A stretch of DNA of 43,739 nucleotides from Candidatus Blackburnbacteria bacterium RIFCSPHIGHO2_12_FULL_44_25 (GCA_001816455.1 MHCB01000006.1:1-43739), one strand, 5' to 3'. Positions 1-9,088 are shown, counted from the first letter of the stretch. Notes: generated from the letters alone by a model not told the origin. A program made the numbers and translations.

Positions 1-363
1 TAGGGAATCTACACGTTTTAGGAAAAAACCCGAAGGTGTCGTATCTGTTCCACCTCCGGGGTGGAACAGTGCTTGCACCTCGCTTTTAATTTCTGTGGCA
101 AGCTCTGCTGGCACTCTTTCGTCGGCGTGGATGAAGAGGGCCCAGTCTCCTTTTACCCTGTCTAGGCCGTAGTTGTGTTGGCCTGCAAAATCGGAATTTA
201 ATTCTCGTCTGAAGACCTTTGCGCCTAAGCGTTTTGCGATTTCTACAGTCTTATCTTTGGAGTAATCATCAATTACAATTAGCTCGTCGCACCAGGAAGC
301 ACTTTTTATACAATCTTCTATGTTTTGCTCTTCGTTCTTGGTAAGGATCACACAGCTAAGCAT
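1..363 (-). CDS. Glycosyltransferase family 2 (5' part; runs off the window edge)
   Basis: Not in the ORF track. Manual translation from ATG at 363 is open to position 1: MLSCVILTKNEEQNIEDCIKSASWCDELIVIDDYSKDKTVEIAK...DFAGQHNYGL...WALFIHADE. This is the typical GT2 N-terminal pattern with a DxD-like HAD. Confidence 0.9.
   Translation of the reverse strand, partial: MLSCVILTKNEEQNIEDCIKSASWCDELIVIDDYSKDKTVEIAKRLGAKVFRRELNSDFAGQHNYGLDRVKGDWALFIHADERVPAELATEIKSEVQALFHPGGGTDTTPSGFFLKRVDSL
45..69. repeat. Perfect 10-bp inverted repeat inside the GT2 coding sequence
   Basis: CTGTTCCACC-tccgg-GGTGGAACAG; read in frame as LFHPGGGT. Confidence 0.8.
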
Positions 364-430
364 TTTTTTAATTTCAGAGAGGACACCCAGGTTTCCTCTC
401 TGCGCTCGCAAGCAAAGCTTGGCCTAACGG

Positions 431-1141
431 CTAAACTCGCTGCTCTCCTTCCTTGAAACGCGCAGCTCTGATTACTTTGTAGAGACGCGGAATAAAACGA
501 TACACTATTGACGAACCGACAATTAAAGCCATTGTTGGATAAATAATGTTTAGGGGGAAAGTTTGGGTGTCGGAGCCGATATTCCAACTGTGCAAGAATA
601 AAAACCAAAAGCCGACGTAGTTTAGGACATGAGATTTCAGCCAATGCCGATTCAAAAATGGCTTATGGCGAAAGTAGGCTGCCAAAACCCCTAGGGTAAT
701 TAAAGTAAAACCAATTCGGCCATAGTTTAGGAGAAGATCTGTTTGGGTGAAAAAGCCTGGGATAAAAGCATCGATTACACCCTGGGTTCCTTCTGCAAGA
801 AAAGCACTGAGAGTAAAGAAGGTAGGGTGGGCAAGAATTAAAAGATAAGCATAGATGCCATTTCTTTCATGGTCAACCGTGGATCTACTGTCGAAAATCT
901 TAAACCATAATGGCATAAAGGCGCCGTGGACAATTTGTAAAAAAATTAAGAAGAAGGCGTATAGGCCGGTTAACCGTAGGAAAAGATAAGCCACAAGAGA
1001 GGGATTTGAGAACATTTTGATCAAGCCAGCTGGTCCTCCCGAGTTTTTGAGGACCACATAGAGCGGGATCAGAAGGAAGAGGATGTAGAGAATTTTTACA
1101 AAAAGCCTAAGTTTGTTTTTCTGTCCGTAAGTTTGATCCAC
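431..1141 (-). CDS. Ferric reductase-like transmembrane (MsrQ-like, heme-binding) protein
   Basis: About 6 hydrophobic segments, RLTGLYAF motif, and spaced His residues (HERNG, AHP, SHVLNY, LHS) typical of the family. Confidence 0.7.
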   Translation of the reverse strand: MDQTYGQKNKLRLFVKILYILFLLIPLYVVLKNSGGPAGLIKMFSNPSLVAYLFLRLTGLYAFFLIFLQIVHGAFMPLWFKIFDSRSTVDHERNGIYAYLLILAHPTFFTLSAFLAEGTQGVIDAFIPGFFTQTDLLLNYGRIGFTLITLGVLAAYFRHKPFLNRHWLKSHVLNYVGFWFLFLHSWNIGSDTQTFPLNIIYPTMALIVGSSIVYRFIPRLYKVIRAARFKEGEQRV

Positions 1142-1185
1142 ATCTTTAGTATACCAATTCCGTGGTAGAATACCTTAGTTTTTGA

Positions 1186-1258
1186 GGATCCGTAGCTCAG
1201 TTGGTAGAGCGTTCGATTCACATTCGAAAGGTCACAGGTTCGAGCCCTGTCGGGTCCA
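1186..1258 (+). tRNA. tRNA-Val (anticodon CAC); CCA not encoded
   Basis: Acceptor stem GGATCCG/CGGGTCC, D-arm TAGCTCAGTTGGTAGAGC, anticodon stem TTCGA/TCGAA with loop TT-CAC-AT, T-arm ACAGG-TTCGAGC-CCTGT, discriminator A1258. Confidence 0.96.
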
Positions 1259-1263
1259 CATTG

Positions 1264-1848
1264 CTATAAGTATCCAAGATAACGTAGACCACCTAGAGCT
1301 ATTAGCCCAGAAACGACGATTCCTGTTAAAAGTTGGATTGTGGAGTGTTTGTTTAGTGTCAATCTCGCCCAAAAAATAATTGGGATTGTTATGTAGAGTA
1401 GGAGTAAATTCCACCCAAACAGGAAATTTATTAAAATTCCCCCAAATGTATTCAAAGCAGTGTGGAGGCTTATCTGCCAATGGGTTGTGATTGTAAAAAG
1501 AACAATTAAACAAGTAATCAAAAGGATATTTAAATCAAATAACAACCTAGTGCCAAACTGATGGGCTAGAAACAATGAAACTAAATTGTTGATAAAAACC
1601 AAGGCCAAAAATGGGTAGCGTTCTTTTCTTTTTGGCAGATCCCAGGCTGTGGCTAGACCCATCTTTGGAGCAAGATATAAATATGATAGTGGGATAACAA
1701 CTTCTAGAAATAAAATGCTTGGAAACAATATGACTAATTGTTGACTAGTCAGACCAGAACGAAGTATTGTTGCCAAAAATAATACTGGTAACCACATTTG
1801 TGGTCCAAGCAGTACAGATAGCAACTTAGCAATTTTTGTTGCGTTCAT
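1264..1848 (-). CDS. Integral membrane protein, PAP2-like (KISxH-type motif)
   Basis: Multi-TM protein with WQISLH and WARLTLNKHS motifs. Start moved to ATG 1848 because it has TACTAT 7 nt upstream and the track's N-terminal extension crosses REP-like DNA. Confidence 0.6.
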   Translation of the reverse strand: MNATKIAKLLSVLLGPQMWLPVLFLATILRSGLTSQQLVILFPSILFLEVVIPLSYLYLAPKMGLATAWDLPKRKERYPFLALVFINNLVSLFLAHQFGTRLLFDLNILLITCLIVLFTITTHWQISLHTALNTFGGILINFLFGWNLLLLYITIPIIFWARLTLNKHSTIQLLTGIVVSGLIALGGLRYLGYL

Positions 1849-1906
1849 ATCTTCGATAGTATCAGAAACGTTGGGAATGGTGTGTGAAAGTGAGAGGTGT
1901 TTTCCG

Positions 1907-1933
1907 CAAGGCGAGACCTTACAGGGGTCACCC
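1907..1933. repeat. REP-like hairpin pair related to the RAYT-flanking motif
   Basis: CAAGGCGAGACCTTA: its reverse complement contains AAGGTCTCGCCTTG, 12/14 identical to AAGGGGTCGCCTTG at 9161 and 9900. It is followed by AGGGGTCACCC. Confidence 0.55.
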
Positions 1934-1948
1934 AAAAGCAGTTGGTGT

Positions 1949-2218
1949 TTAATACTTTCTATATTTATCGTGTTGCCCGATATCTATAAAAAGTGCTGTA
2001 GATTTATCAATCCAGGTGAGGAATATCCGATTACCCTTGTCGATTCTGATAGTCCAAATTTTGGTTCCTCGTAGTTTTTCCAACTTTAATCCTGGATGTG
2101 CTGGATTGGAAATAAACATAGAAATAGCTTTAGTAGTTTTACTGAGCAGACCTGGATCGTTTTTTAAAAACTTTCGTCGATATGACAAGTATCGTGAAGA
2201 ATATTGGAGTTACACCAT
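1949..2218 (-). pseudogene. RelE/ParE-superfamily toxin; probable nonsense codon at codon 3
   Basis: HPGLKLEKL...WTIRIDKGNRI...DIGQHD is RelE/YafQ-like. In-frame ATG-GTG-TAA at 2218-2210 precedes LQYSSRY; the track start is TTG 2188. Confidence 0.7.
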
Positions 2219-2230
2219 TCTTCTAGTCTT

Positions 2231-2500
2231 CTAGGGCTTGCTTTCTCTTTCCATCTCTTCGAAATCTGCTTCGAGTTCTGCTAGTGTAGAGATTTTTTTT
2301 GTCTTTCCGGCTTTATATTCTTTCAATGCTTCGTTTAATGCAGCCTCTAACTGAAGTTTTTCTAACAGATCTAGGCCTATTATTGCGCCAAGGGGTTTGT
2401 TGTTAGATACAACAATGATGGGTTCTTTGGATTTATTTGCATCCTGAAGAACCCTTTTATATTCCCTTTGAATTTGTCGTGCGGATATTGTGTTAAGCAT
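2231..2500 (-). CDS. Phd/YefM-family antitoxin
   Basis: MLNTISARQIQREY...EPIIVVSNNKPLGAII Phd-type N-terminus and acidic C-terminus; lies directly upstream of the toxin. Confidence 0.85.
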   Translation of the reverse strand: MLNTISARQIQREYKRVLQDANKSKEPIIVVSNNKPLGAIIGLDLLEKLQLEAALNEALKEYKAGKTKKISTLAELEADFEEMERESKP

Positions 2501-2530
2501 ATGTTTGCATATTATCACAGGCCAACTGTT

Positions 2531-2547
2531 TATGTCAAGTTGACATA
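2531..2547. promoter_or_regulatory. Palindrome overlapping the antitoxin -35 box (candidate TA operator)
   Basis: TATGTCAA-g-TTGACATA, a perfect 8-1-8 inverted repeat. On the minus strand TTGACA is followed by GATAAT/TAATAT before ATG 2500. Confidence 0.55.
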
Positions 2548-2604
2548 CAATTATCAATAAGGGTGTTTGACACATTCTTCTCTTTACTCCAAAATGGTTT
2601 TTAT

Positions 2605-3159
2605 ATGATTACTAGGCGGCTTGGGGCAGCGATTGTTGATATTCTTCAGACGGTAGTTTTGGCTGTTGCGATATTTTTGGTTGTTTACCTCTTTCTTTTT
2701 CAACCACATCAGGTGAAGGGAGATTCCATGTTTCCTAACATGCTGGATGGGGAATATCTGTTGACAGACAAGCTGTCTTACCGGCTTGGGAAACCAGATC
2801 GGGGAGATATTGTTGTATTTGCAGCACCTCCAAACCCGAGTGAGGATTATATTAAGCGGATAATTGGTTTGCCTGGGGAGAGTGTTTTGATACGGGACGG
2901 AAAGGTTTATATAAACGGGAGCGAACTCAGAGAGAGCTATTTGCCCGATTCCTTAATAACTTCCGCCGGGCAGAGTTTATCAGAAGGGTCCGAGATGGTA
3001 TTGGCGGATGATGAGTATTTTGTACTTGGAGACAATAGACCCAATTCTTCTGATTCGAGGCGGTGGGGGCCGGTTAAGAGAAAAAAGTTAGTTGGACGAG
3101 CTTGGGTTGTTTATTGGCCGCCAAAAGAGGCGGGGGCAATCGACCACGCAGAGTACTAG
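2605..3159 (+). CDS. lepB: Signal peptidase I
   Basis: GDSMFPNM (catalytic Ser), DYIKRIIG (catalytic Lys), GDNRPNSSDSR. Start set at ATG 2605, downstream of TTGACA-17-CAAAAT. Confidence 0.95.
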   Translation: MITRRLGAAIVDILQTVVLAVAIFLVVYLFLFQPHQVKGDSMFPNMLDGEYLLTDKLSYRLGKPDRGDIVVFAAPPNPSEDYIKRIIGLPGESVLIRDGKVYINGSELRESYLPDSLITSAGQSLSEGSEMVLADDEYFVLGDNRPNSSDSRRWGPVKRKKLVGRAWVVYWPPKEAGAIDHAEY

Positions 3160-3163
3160 AATA

Positions 3164-4009
3164 CTAGGCCGCTACTCCGCCGAAGAGTTTTTGGAGTCTG
3201 TCTTCTGTTTCGGTAATTCCGCCTTTGAAAACCAGGACTATTCTGGTTTCTCTTTGAGACCTTAATATCTTGACGGAGGTAGGTTTGTTTATTTCCTTGT
3301 CGGTTAGGGCATCTTTTAAGACTTCGGTCATTCTGTCAACCTCTTCTGAAACTATTATTGGATTTTTTGGAGGGGTTTGAGGGGAGGGTTTCTGACCAAC
3401 TTTTGCCTTCATCCTGCGGGCTAGGTCTTCCGCACGTCTTACGGAGCCTGATTCTCGCAAAATTATTTTGTAGGCTTCTACCATTAAGCTCGAGTCTTCA
3501 ATCGCGGCCAGAGCTCGAGCGTGGCCTTCAGTTATAAGTCCTGAGAGAAGCCCGTCTTTTAATGCATCCGGAAGGCGAAGGAGGCGAAGACTGTTGGCGA
3601 TGTATGCCGGACTTTTACCGATTCTTTGTGCAACATCGGCGTTAGTCAGACCAAATTCATCCATCAAGCGTTGAAACCCTCGGGCGCGGTCCAACGCGTT
3701 AAGATCCACACGTTGAACGTTTTCGATGATTGCTAACTCGAGCATTCCGCGGGGAGAGGTTTCTTTTATAATTGCCGGAACATGTGTAAGACCGGCATAT
3801 TTTGAAGCTCTCCAGCGCCTTTCGCCTGCGATTATTTGGAATCCTGCTGGGGTTTTAGCAATAACAAGAGGCTCAAGAATACCGTGTTCTTTTATTGAAT
3901 CGATGAGATCAACTAAACTTTCGGGCGTAATAACACCGCGTGGTTGAAGCGGGTTTGGTTGAAGTTCTTCAACCGAGATCATTTCTACTTGGGCTATAGT
4001 AACGGACAT
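3164..4009 (-). CDS. parB: ParB/Spo0J partition protein
   Basis: PNPLQPR, IIAGERRWRA, IIENVQRVDL, HTH region, GHARALA. Confidence 0.93.
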   Translation of the reverse strand: MSVTIAQVEMISVEELQPNPLQPRGVITPESLVDLIDSIKEHGILEPLVIAKTPAGFQIIAGERRWRASKYAGLTHVPAIIKETSPRGMLELAIIENVQRVDLNALDRARGFQRLMDEFGLTNADVAQRIGKSPAYIANSLRLLRLPDALKDGLLSGLITEGHARALAAIEDSSLMVEAYKIILRESGSVRRAEDLARRMKAKVGQKPSPQTPPKNPIIVSEEVDRMTEVLKDALTDKEINKPTSVKILRSQRETRIVLVFKGGITETEDRLQKLFGGVAA

Positions 4010-4025
4010 TGTTTAAAAGTTAGAG

Positions 4026-4271
4026 CTACCCAACTGCGACAACAGAAGAGCCTCTTTGTGTCTTGAATTTAACGCTTCCAGAAACTGTCGCGTAGAGGGT
4101 GTGGTCGCGGCCGACTTTTACTCCGTCGCCAGCATGGAACTTCGTTCCCCTCTGCCTTATTAAAACACTTCCTGCAGAGACTTTTTCACCGCCAGAAATT
4201 TTAAGACCCAAACTCTTGCCGCGCCTGTTGCCTTTTTGCCTTACTTTTCCGCCTGCTTTTTTCTTTGCCAT
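4026..4271 (-). CDS. rpmA: 50S ribosomal protein L27
   Basis: MAKKKAGG...LGLK...AGSVLIRQRGTKFHAG..V..GRDHTLYA. Confidence 0.97.
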   Translation of the reverse strand: MAKKKAGGKVRQKGNRRGKSLGLKISGGEKVSAGSVLIRQRGTKFHAGDGVKVGRDHTLYATVSGSVKFKTQRGSSVVAVG

Positions 4272-4376
4272 GGTTTATCTTTCCTTAAGCGATATGTAAC
4301 TATACAATAGTTTTTTCACGCAAGTCAAGTTGTATACTTTTATATGTTTAAGCACACTTACGAGTAGAATGGAGGT

Positions 4377-4691
4377 CTAGGAGACGATCTTTTCGACTTT
4401 CACGCGGGTATATTGGCTTCTGTGTCCGATTGTGCGACGGTATCGGGATTTGGCTTTATATTTACTAACACGAATCTTCTCACCTTTTTCTTCTCCCATA
4501 ACGCTCACTAGGACCTTTGCCCCTTTGACCAATGGCTCACCAATAGAAACTTTGTCTTCGTTGGTCACCAGTAAAACTTCGTCTAAATCAACGTTTTTAG
4601 TCTCTGTTGGATACTTGGCTTCTAAAAGGAGTTCTTTCCCCTCTTCTGCCTTGTATTGTTTGCCATTGGATTTTACTACTGCGTATTTCAT
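4377..4691 (-). CDS. rplU: 50S ribosomal protein L21
   Basis: YAVVKSNGKQYK...KYKAKSRYRRTIGHRSQYT; adjacent to rpmA. Confidence 0.96.
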   Translation of the reverse strand: MKYAVVKSNGKQYKAEEGKELLLEAKYPTETKNVDLDEVLLVTNEDKVSIGEPLVKGAKVLVSVMGEEKGEKIRVSKYKAKSRYRRTIGHRSQYTRVKVEKIVS

Positions 4692-4714
4692 ATAAAAATC
4701 TCGGGGAGGATACT

Positions 4715-5791
4715 TTAGGAGATAAGTATACTTTGTTTTGAATACGTTTTCAATTTTGTGGATATACCAGATACCATGCCAAGAAGGGCAGACATTGAGA
4801 TTAGGGCCGAGCCTCCGGAAGAAACAAAAGGAAGGGGAATTCCGGTTATGGGGAGTATTCCTAAGTTCATTCCAATGTTTATCACCACATGAGTAAAAAA
4901 TACGAAAAATATACCCCCTAGGAGGCTTTGGGAGAATGGGTCTTCAACTCTTTTTAAAACAACAATTATTCTATAGAGAATCAGCCCAAAGGCCATGATT
5001 GCGGCAAGTGCCCCCAAAAAACCTAGCTCCTCAGAAAGACTTGAAAAGATAAAATCGGTGTGACGTTCAGGCAAAAACGCAAGCTGGCTTTGAGGCCCTT
5101 GGCCCAATCCCCGACCTAAAAGTTGTCCACTTCCAATTGCAATAACGGCCTGAAGAGAGTTGTAGCCGGTTCTTAGTGGGTCTGCGGCAGGATAGATAAA
5201 TGATAAAATACGGCTTTTTTGGTAACCGGCAAGGCTTTTCCACAGAATTGGTGTTGAAATAACAAAAAGCAGGATACTTGTTACAAACCACCAGATAGGA
5301 GCCCCGCCAACAAAAACGACTCCAAGAAAACCTGCTCCCGCAACAATACTAGAACCAAGATCTGGCTGTTTGAAAATCAAAAAGAAGGCTGGTAGAAAGA
5401 CAAGAAAGCTCCACAAGAATCTTTTTGGGTCCTTCCCTCGCGAAACAAGATGGGCAAGAAAAACAATAAGGAACGGTTTAATGATTTCTGAGGGTTGGAT
5501 ACTTAAAGATCCTATTACAAGCCAACGGCTGGCGCCGCGGATGAACGCTCCGGTAAAAAGAGTTAGCAATAGTAGGATACAACAGAGAACATATATGAAA
5601 GGTGATGTGTTTTTAATTATCTTAATGTCTACTGCGGAAAAAAGGACGAAAGTCAAAAGCGCAATAGCAAGATATATAAATTGCTGAGGAAAGCTTCCCG
5701 GAGAGACACTCGAGAGGACAATACTCCCCAGGGCAGTTAAAAAGATAGTTGGGATAAAAATAATCCAATCAATGGATCGAAGCAAAAACAC
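4715..5791 (-). CDS. rodA: SEDS-family peptidoglycan polymerase RodA
   Basis: GASRW...QPSE..K, QPDLG, FLPERHTDFIF, PITGIPLPFVSSGGS. A separate ftsW lies in the dcw cluster. Confidence 0.88.
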   Translation of the reverse strand: MFLLRSIDWIIFIPTIFLTALGSIVLSSVSPGSFPQQFIYLAIALLTFVLFSAVDIKIIKNTSPFIYVLCCILLLLTLFTGAFIRGASRWLVIGSLSIQPSEIIKPFLIVFLAHLVSRGKDPKRFLWSFLVFLPAFFLIFKQPDLGSSIVAGAGFLGVVFVGGAPIWWFVTSILLFVISTPILWKSLAGYQKSRILSFIYPAADPLRTGYNSLQAVIAIGSGQLLGRGLGQGPQSQLAFLPERHTDFIFSSLSEELGFLGALAAIMAFGLILYRIIVVLKRVEDPFSQSLLGGIFFVFFTHVVINIGMNLGILPITGIPLPFVSSGGSALISMSALLGMVSGISTKLKTYSKQSILIS

Positions 5792-5807
5792 GAGTTATTA
5801 TACCTCT

Positions 5808-8678
5808 TTACGATCGTGTCACAGAAAATGTGTCACCGGTGGATAGGTTGCCTGCAAGTGTTTTTTTCTTAAGCCAGTTTAATAAGTCTGGATTAGTAGG
5901 AAGCCAGGGTGCAACGATATTGATTTTATCGGTCAAGGCGACTTTCAAGTTCTTTCTTTCTTCTTGAATACTGCGTGCGAGTTCTCGGGTTTTTCCTTCT
6001 TCCTCCAATTCTGGGGTTATAACAGTATCTAGTTCTATTTGTGGCTCATTGTCACTTTTCGACACTTTCCACATGACCTTTTTAACATTTAATTCGTCTT
6101 TAATCAGTTGAAGAAGTTCTTCGGAGGGTTTAACTTGCATATAAGTAATACGAATTTCGCTTAAGGGTTGGCGGACTGGAATACTGGCAAACTTTCTTGC
6201 GGCATGGCCCTTTTCCACAACTCTTCTTATAACCCCCATATTTTCGATTAGCTGCAGGTCACTTTCTCCTAGCTCTCTATATTTCGGCCACTGGGTAAGG
6301 TGCACGGATTCTTCCCCGGTTAAGTTCTTGTATATTTCGTCTGACAAAAATGGCACAAATGGCGCGAGAACTTTGCTTAGCGATATGAGTGTGAAGTATA
6401 AAGTATTAAAGCAGGCGCTTTTATCTTTTTCATCCTCGGCTGCTTGGCTTATTCTGTCCCGAGAGCGTCTAACATACCAAAGAGAAAAATCAGAAACAAA
6501 TTCCTCAAGCGCGAGAGCCGAACTTTTTGCGTCGTATTTTTCTAGCGACATAGTAACTATAGAAATGCTTTCATTTAATCGCGCAAGTATCCATCTGTCT
6601 AAAACATTTTCAGAAACATTATCTTCTGTTGGGGACCAGCTAGCTGAAATGGTGTAGTTTACAAAAAAGTTGTAGATGTTCCAAAGCATTAAGTGGAAAC
6701 TTCTTCGGACTTGGTCTGCGGTTTTGTAACCAAACAGGAGATTCTCTTTGGGGTCTTGGCGAGCATACAGCCAACGCATAACGTCAACACCAATTTTATC
6801 GGCGCCTTCGTTGAACTCAATCATGTTCCCCCAGCTCTTGTGCATTGGACGCCCATCTTCTGCAAAAAGTGTTGCGAATCCTAAAACAGTTTTGAAAGGT
6901 TCTTTATTTTCCAAAACTGTACTCATTGCTATCAAAGAATAAAACCAGTTTTTAAATTGGCCCGGAAAAGATTCTGTTATAAAATCAGCCGGGAACCGAT
7001 CTTTTGGCATTGTTGAAAATGGAACTATGCCCGCATCAAGCCAAGGATTTCCAACGTCTGGAATTCTTTCTGTTAGTCCTCCGCACTTTGTACATTTCAT
7101 TTTTACTTCGTCAATAAAGGGCCTGTGGGGAGAGTTGCCTTCTAATTTTTCCCAACCCTCAACGGCTTTTTCTTTTAATTCTTCTTTGCTGCCGATTACT
7201 TGAAACTCACCGCAACTTTTACATTCCCAGATTGGGAGCGCAAGTCCCCAGTATCGTTTTTTGGAAATTAACCAGTCGTGCATATTGTTAAGCCAGTCAA
7301 GTTCTCTTTTTAAACCAAACTCGGGGATCCAGTTTATTTTTTTTGCAACCGCCTTCATTGGTTCTCGCAGGGGGTCCATTGTGATATACCATTCATCAAC
7401 TACCCGCCAAACAAGCTCTGTGTGGCAACGCCAACAACCCGGGTAGCGGTGGGTGTACTTTAGTGTATTAAAGAAGAATTCTCCGTCATCTTTTTCTTTG
7501 ACATAATTTAAGATTACTTCTGGGTGGTCTTTGGCGTTCTTGCCTGAAAATTCACCAAGGTCTTCAAGATAATTTGCCCCTTCGTCGATCACATCTATTA
7601 CCGGAAGCTCCAATTTCTTGCCAAGTTGAAAATCTTCTGTTCCTGCTCCAGGGGCTATGTGGACCAACCCTGTTCCTTCTTCTTCGGAGATTGGTAGAAT
7701 TAAAGGGTCGGCTGCTACTATTTTGTGGGGTTTGTCACTCATTGCGTTTTTGACGCGGGGTAAATCGTCAAAAGGTGAGGTATATGTAAGCCCAATTAAT
7801 TCGGAGCCTTTAACTGTTTTTAAAACTTTGAGTTCGAGGCTTTCGACCTTACTGGCAAGTAGGTAGTATTTATTTCCCTCTACTTCCCCTTCGGCTAACG
7901 CATATTCTTTTTCCGGATCAACGGCAACTGCGACATTTGCCGGCAGAGTCCAGGGAGTCGTGGTCCAAACTAAAAGATACGTATCCTCTTTCCCTTTGAC
8001 AGGGTATTCAACGAAAACTGATTCGTGAGTTGCTTCTATGTAGTCCTCGGTTAGCATTTCGTGCTGGGAAATTGCAGTTCCGCAACGGGGACACCAGGGA
8101 ACTGAGTCGTGACCTTTGTAGACTAGTCCTTTTTCGTGACATTTTTTTAAAAAATTCCAAATTGCGAAATTGTTTTCATCGGATAGAGTGAAATATGAGT
8201 TATCCCAATCCATAAAATAGCCTAAGCGTTTTGACTGCTCGGTCTGAATTTCTGCGAACTTGTAGACCCGATCTTTGCAAAGTTGTACAAATTTAGCGAT
8301 GCTTGCTTTGACGTCTCCGGGAACTAAATTTTCTATATCTTTCTTACTTTTTAAACCCAGATCTTTCTCCACTTGAACTTCGACCCATAAGCCCTGGCAA
8401 TCAAACCCGTTTTGGAAGCGCTGTTTGTACCCTTGCATGTTATAGAATCGTTGCCAAATATCTTTATACGTTCTCCCCCAGGCGTGATGGACACCCATGG
8501 GGTTGTTTGCCGTTATTGGTCCGTCGAGAAAAGAAAATGTTTTATCGGACTTGTCATTTTTATGGAGGTACTTATCCACTATTCCCCCTTCATACCATGA
8601 CTTTAGAAGCTCCTTTTCGAGCTCTACAAAATTTACCTGTGTGTTAACGGGTTGAAATCTCTTTTGGGTCTTTTTCAT
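5808..8678 (-). CDS. ileS: Isoleucine--tRNA ligase, type 2 (IleRS2) with GVHH signature
   Basis: DGPITAN, GFDCQGL, WTTTPWTLPAN, GTGLVHIAP, DWLISKKRYWG, PMHKS (KMSKS equivalent), WYVRRSR. Confidence 0.95.
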   Translation of the reverse strand: MKKTQKRFQPVNTQVNFVELEKELLKSWYEGGIVDKYLHKNDKSDKTFSFLDGPITANNPMGVHHAWGRTYKDIWQRFYNMQGYKQRFQNGFDCQGLWVEVQVEKDLGLKSKKDIENLVPGDVKASIAKFVQLCKDRVYKFAEIQTEQSKRLGYFMDWDNSYFTLSDENNFAIWNFLKKCHEKGLVYKGHDSVPWCPRCGTAISQHEMLTEDYIEATHESVFVEYPVKGKEDTYLLVWTTTPWTLPANVAVAVDPEKEYALAEGEVEGNKYYLLASKVESLELKVLKTVKGSELIGLTYTSPFDDLPRVKNAMSDKPHKIVAADPLILPISEEEGTGLVHIAPGAGTEDFQLGKKLELPVIDVIDEGANYLEDLGEFSGKNAKDHPEVILNYVKEKDDGEFFFNTLKYTHRYPGCWRCHTELVWRVVDEWYITMDPLREPMKAVAKKINWIPEFGLKRELDWLNNMHDWLISKKRYWGLALPIWECKSCGEFQVIGSKEELKEKAVEGWEKLEGNSPHRPFIDEVKMKCTKCGGLTERIPDVGNPWLDAGIVPFSTMPKDRFPADFITESFPGQFKNWFYSLIAMSTVLENKEPFKTVLGFATLFAEDGRPMHKSWGNMIEFNEGADKIGVDVMRWLYARQDPKENLLFGYKTADQVRRSFHLMLWNIYNFFVNYTISASWSPTEDNVSENVLDRWILARLNESISIVTMSLEKYDAKSSALALEEFVSDFSLWYVRRSRDRISQAAEDEKDKSACFNTLYFTLISLSKVLAPFVPFLSDEIYKNLTGEESVHLTQWPKYRELGESDLQLIENMGVIRRVVEKGHAARKFASIPVRQPLSEIRITYMQVKPSEELLQLIKDELNVKKVMWKVSKSDNEPQIELDTVITPELEEEGKTRELARSIQEERKNLKVALTDKINIVAPWLPTNPDLLNWLKKKTLAGNLSTGDTFSVTRS

Positions 8679-8685
8679 TTTCGAT

Positions 8686-9081
8686 TTAACCTAAGAAGCT
8701 AAGGAGGCGTTTGACTGTTCCTTGGTCAACCACTAAACCGTCACTTCCTGGGTTTGTGGCATCGACCTGTGTTTTGTTTCCTGGCACATTACCTTTTGAA
8801 TCCGGGTTATCATGCGGAAAATCCGGTCGATCCACAAAAAGATGTTCCCTGAAGTTGGGAAAGTATTTAGCAAGAAGCTCGTCACTTTGTCGCCACAACC
8901 TTGCATCATGTGCCATAGCCATTGCGTCTGCTTTTTCATGGTTTGCCTTGCGTTCAGTGTCCATTAAATGAAAAACCAGCCCTTTTGGCTGGTTCCTTTT
9001 TAGTTTCCACCAAGAAACCAGCATCACCTAACCATTAATTATAATAATGGCTGCTGGTTGGATGGAAATCCTCTTGAACAT
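8686..9081 (-). pseudogene. Hypothetical protein; probable N-terminal membrane anchor interrupted by an in-frame TAG
   Basis: A leaderless-type ATG at 9081 is in frame with the track ORF 9027-8686: MFKRISIQPAAIIIING*VMLVSWWKLKR... Confidence 0.5.
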
Positions 9082-9088
9082 GTGCTTT

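Noticed and set aside
1182-1379. 65-aa ORF on the + strand
   Set aside because: It overlaps tRNA-Val and the 3' end of the membrane-protein gene; it is a translation of the tRNA.
3164-4009. parB without adjacent parA as a plasmid or prophage sign
   Set aside because: It is a chromosomal Spo0J-type sequence among ribosomal and housekeeping genes, with no phage or plasmid genes nearby.
4272-4376. Missing prp (ysxB) between rplU and rpmA
   Set aside because: L27 lacks the N-terminal extension that needs Prp, so the absence is ordinary; the gap holds a plain promoter candidate (TTGACT-18-TATAGT).
2210-9030. Stop-codon reassignment as an explanation for the in-frame TAA (2212-2210) and TAG (9030-9028)
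   Set aside because: TAA, TAG and TGA all terminate conserved genes here (ileS TAA, rpmA TAG, murF TGA), and long genes have no internal stops.
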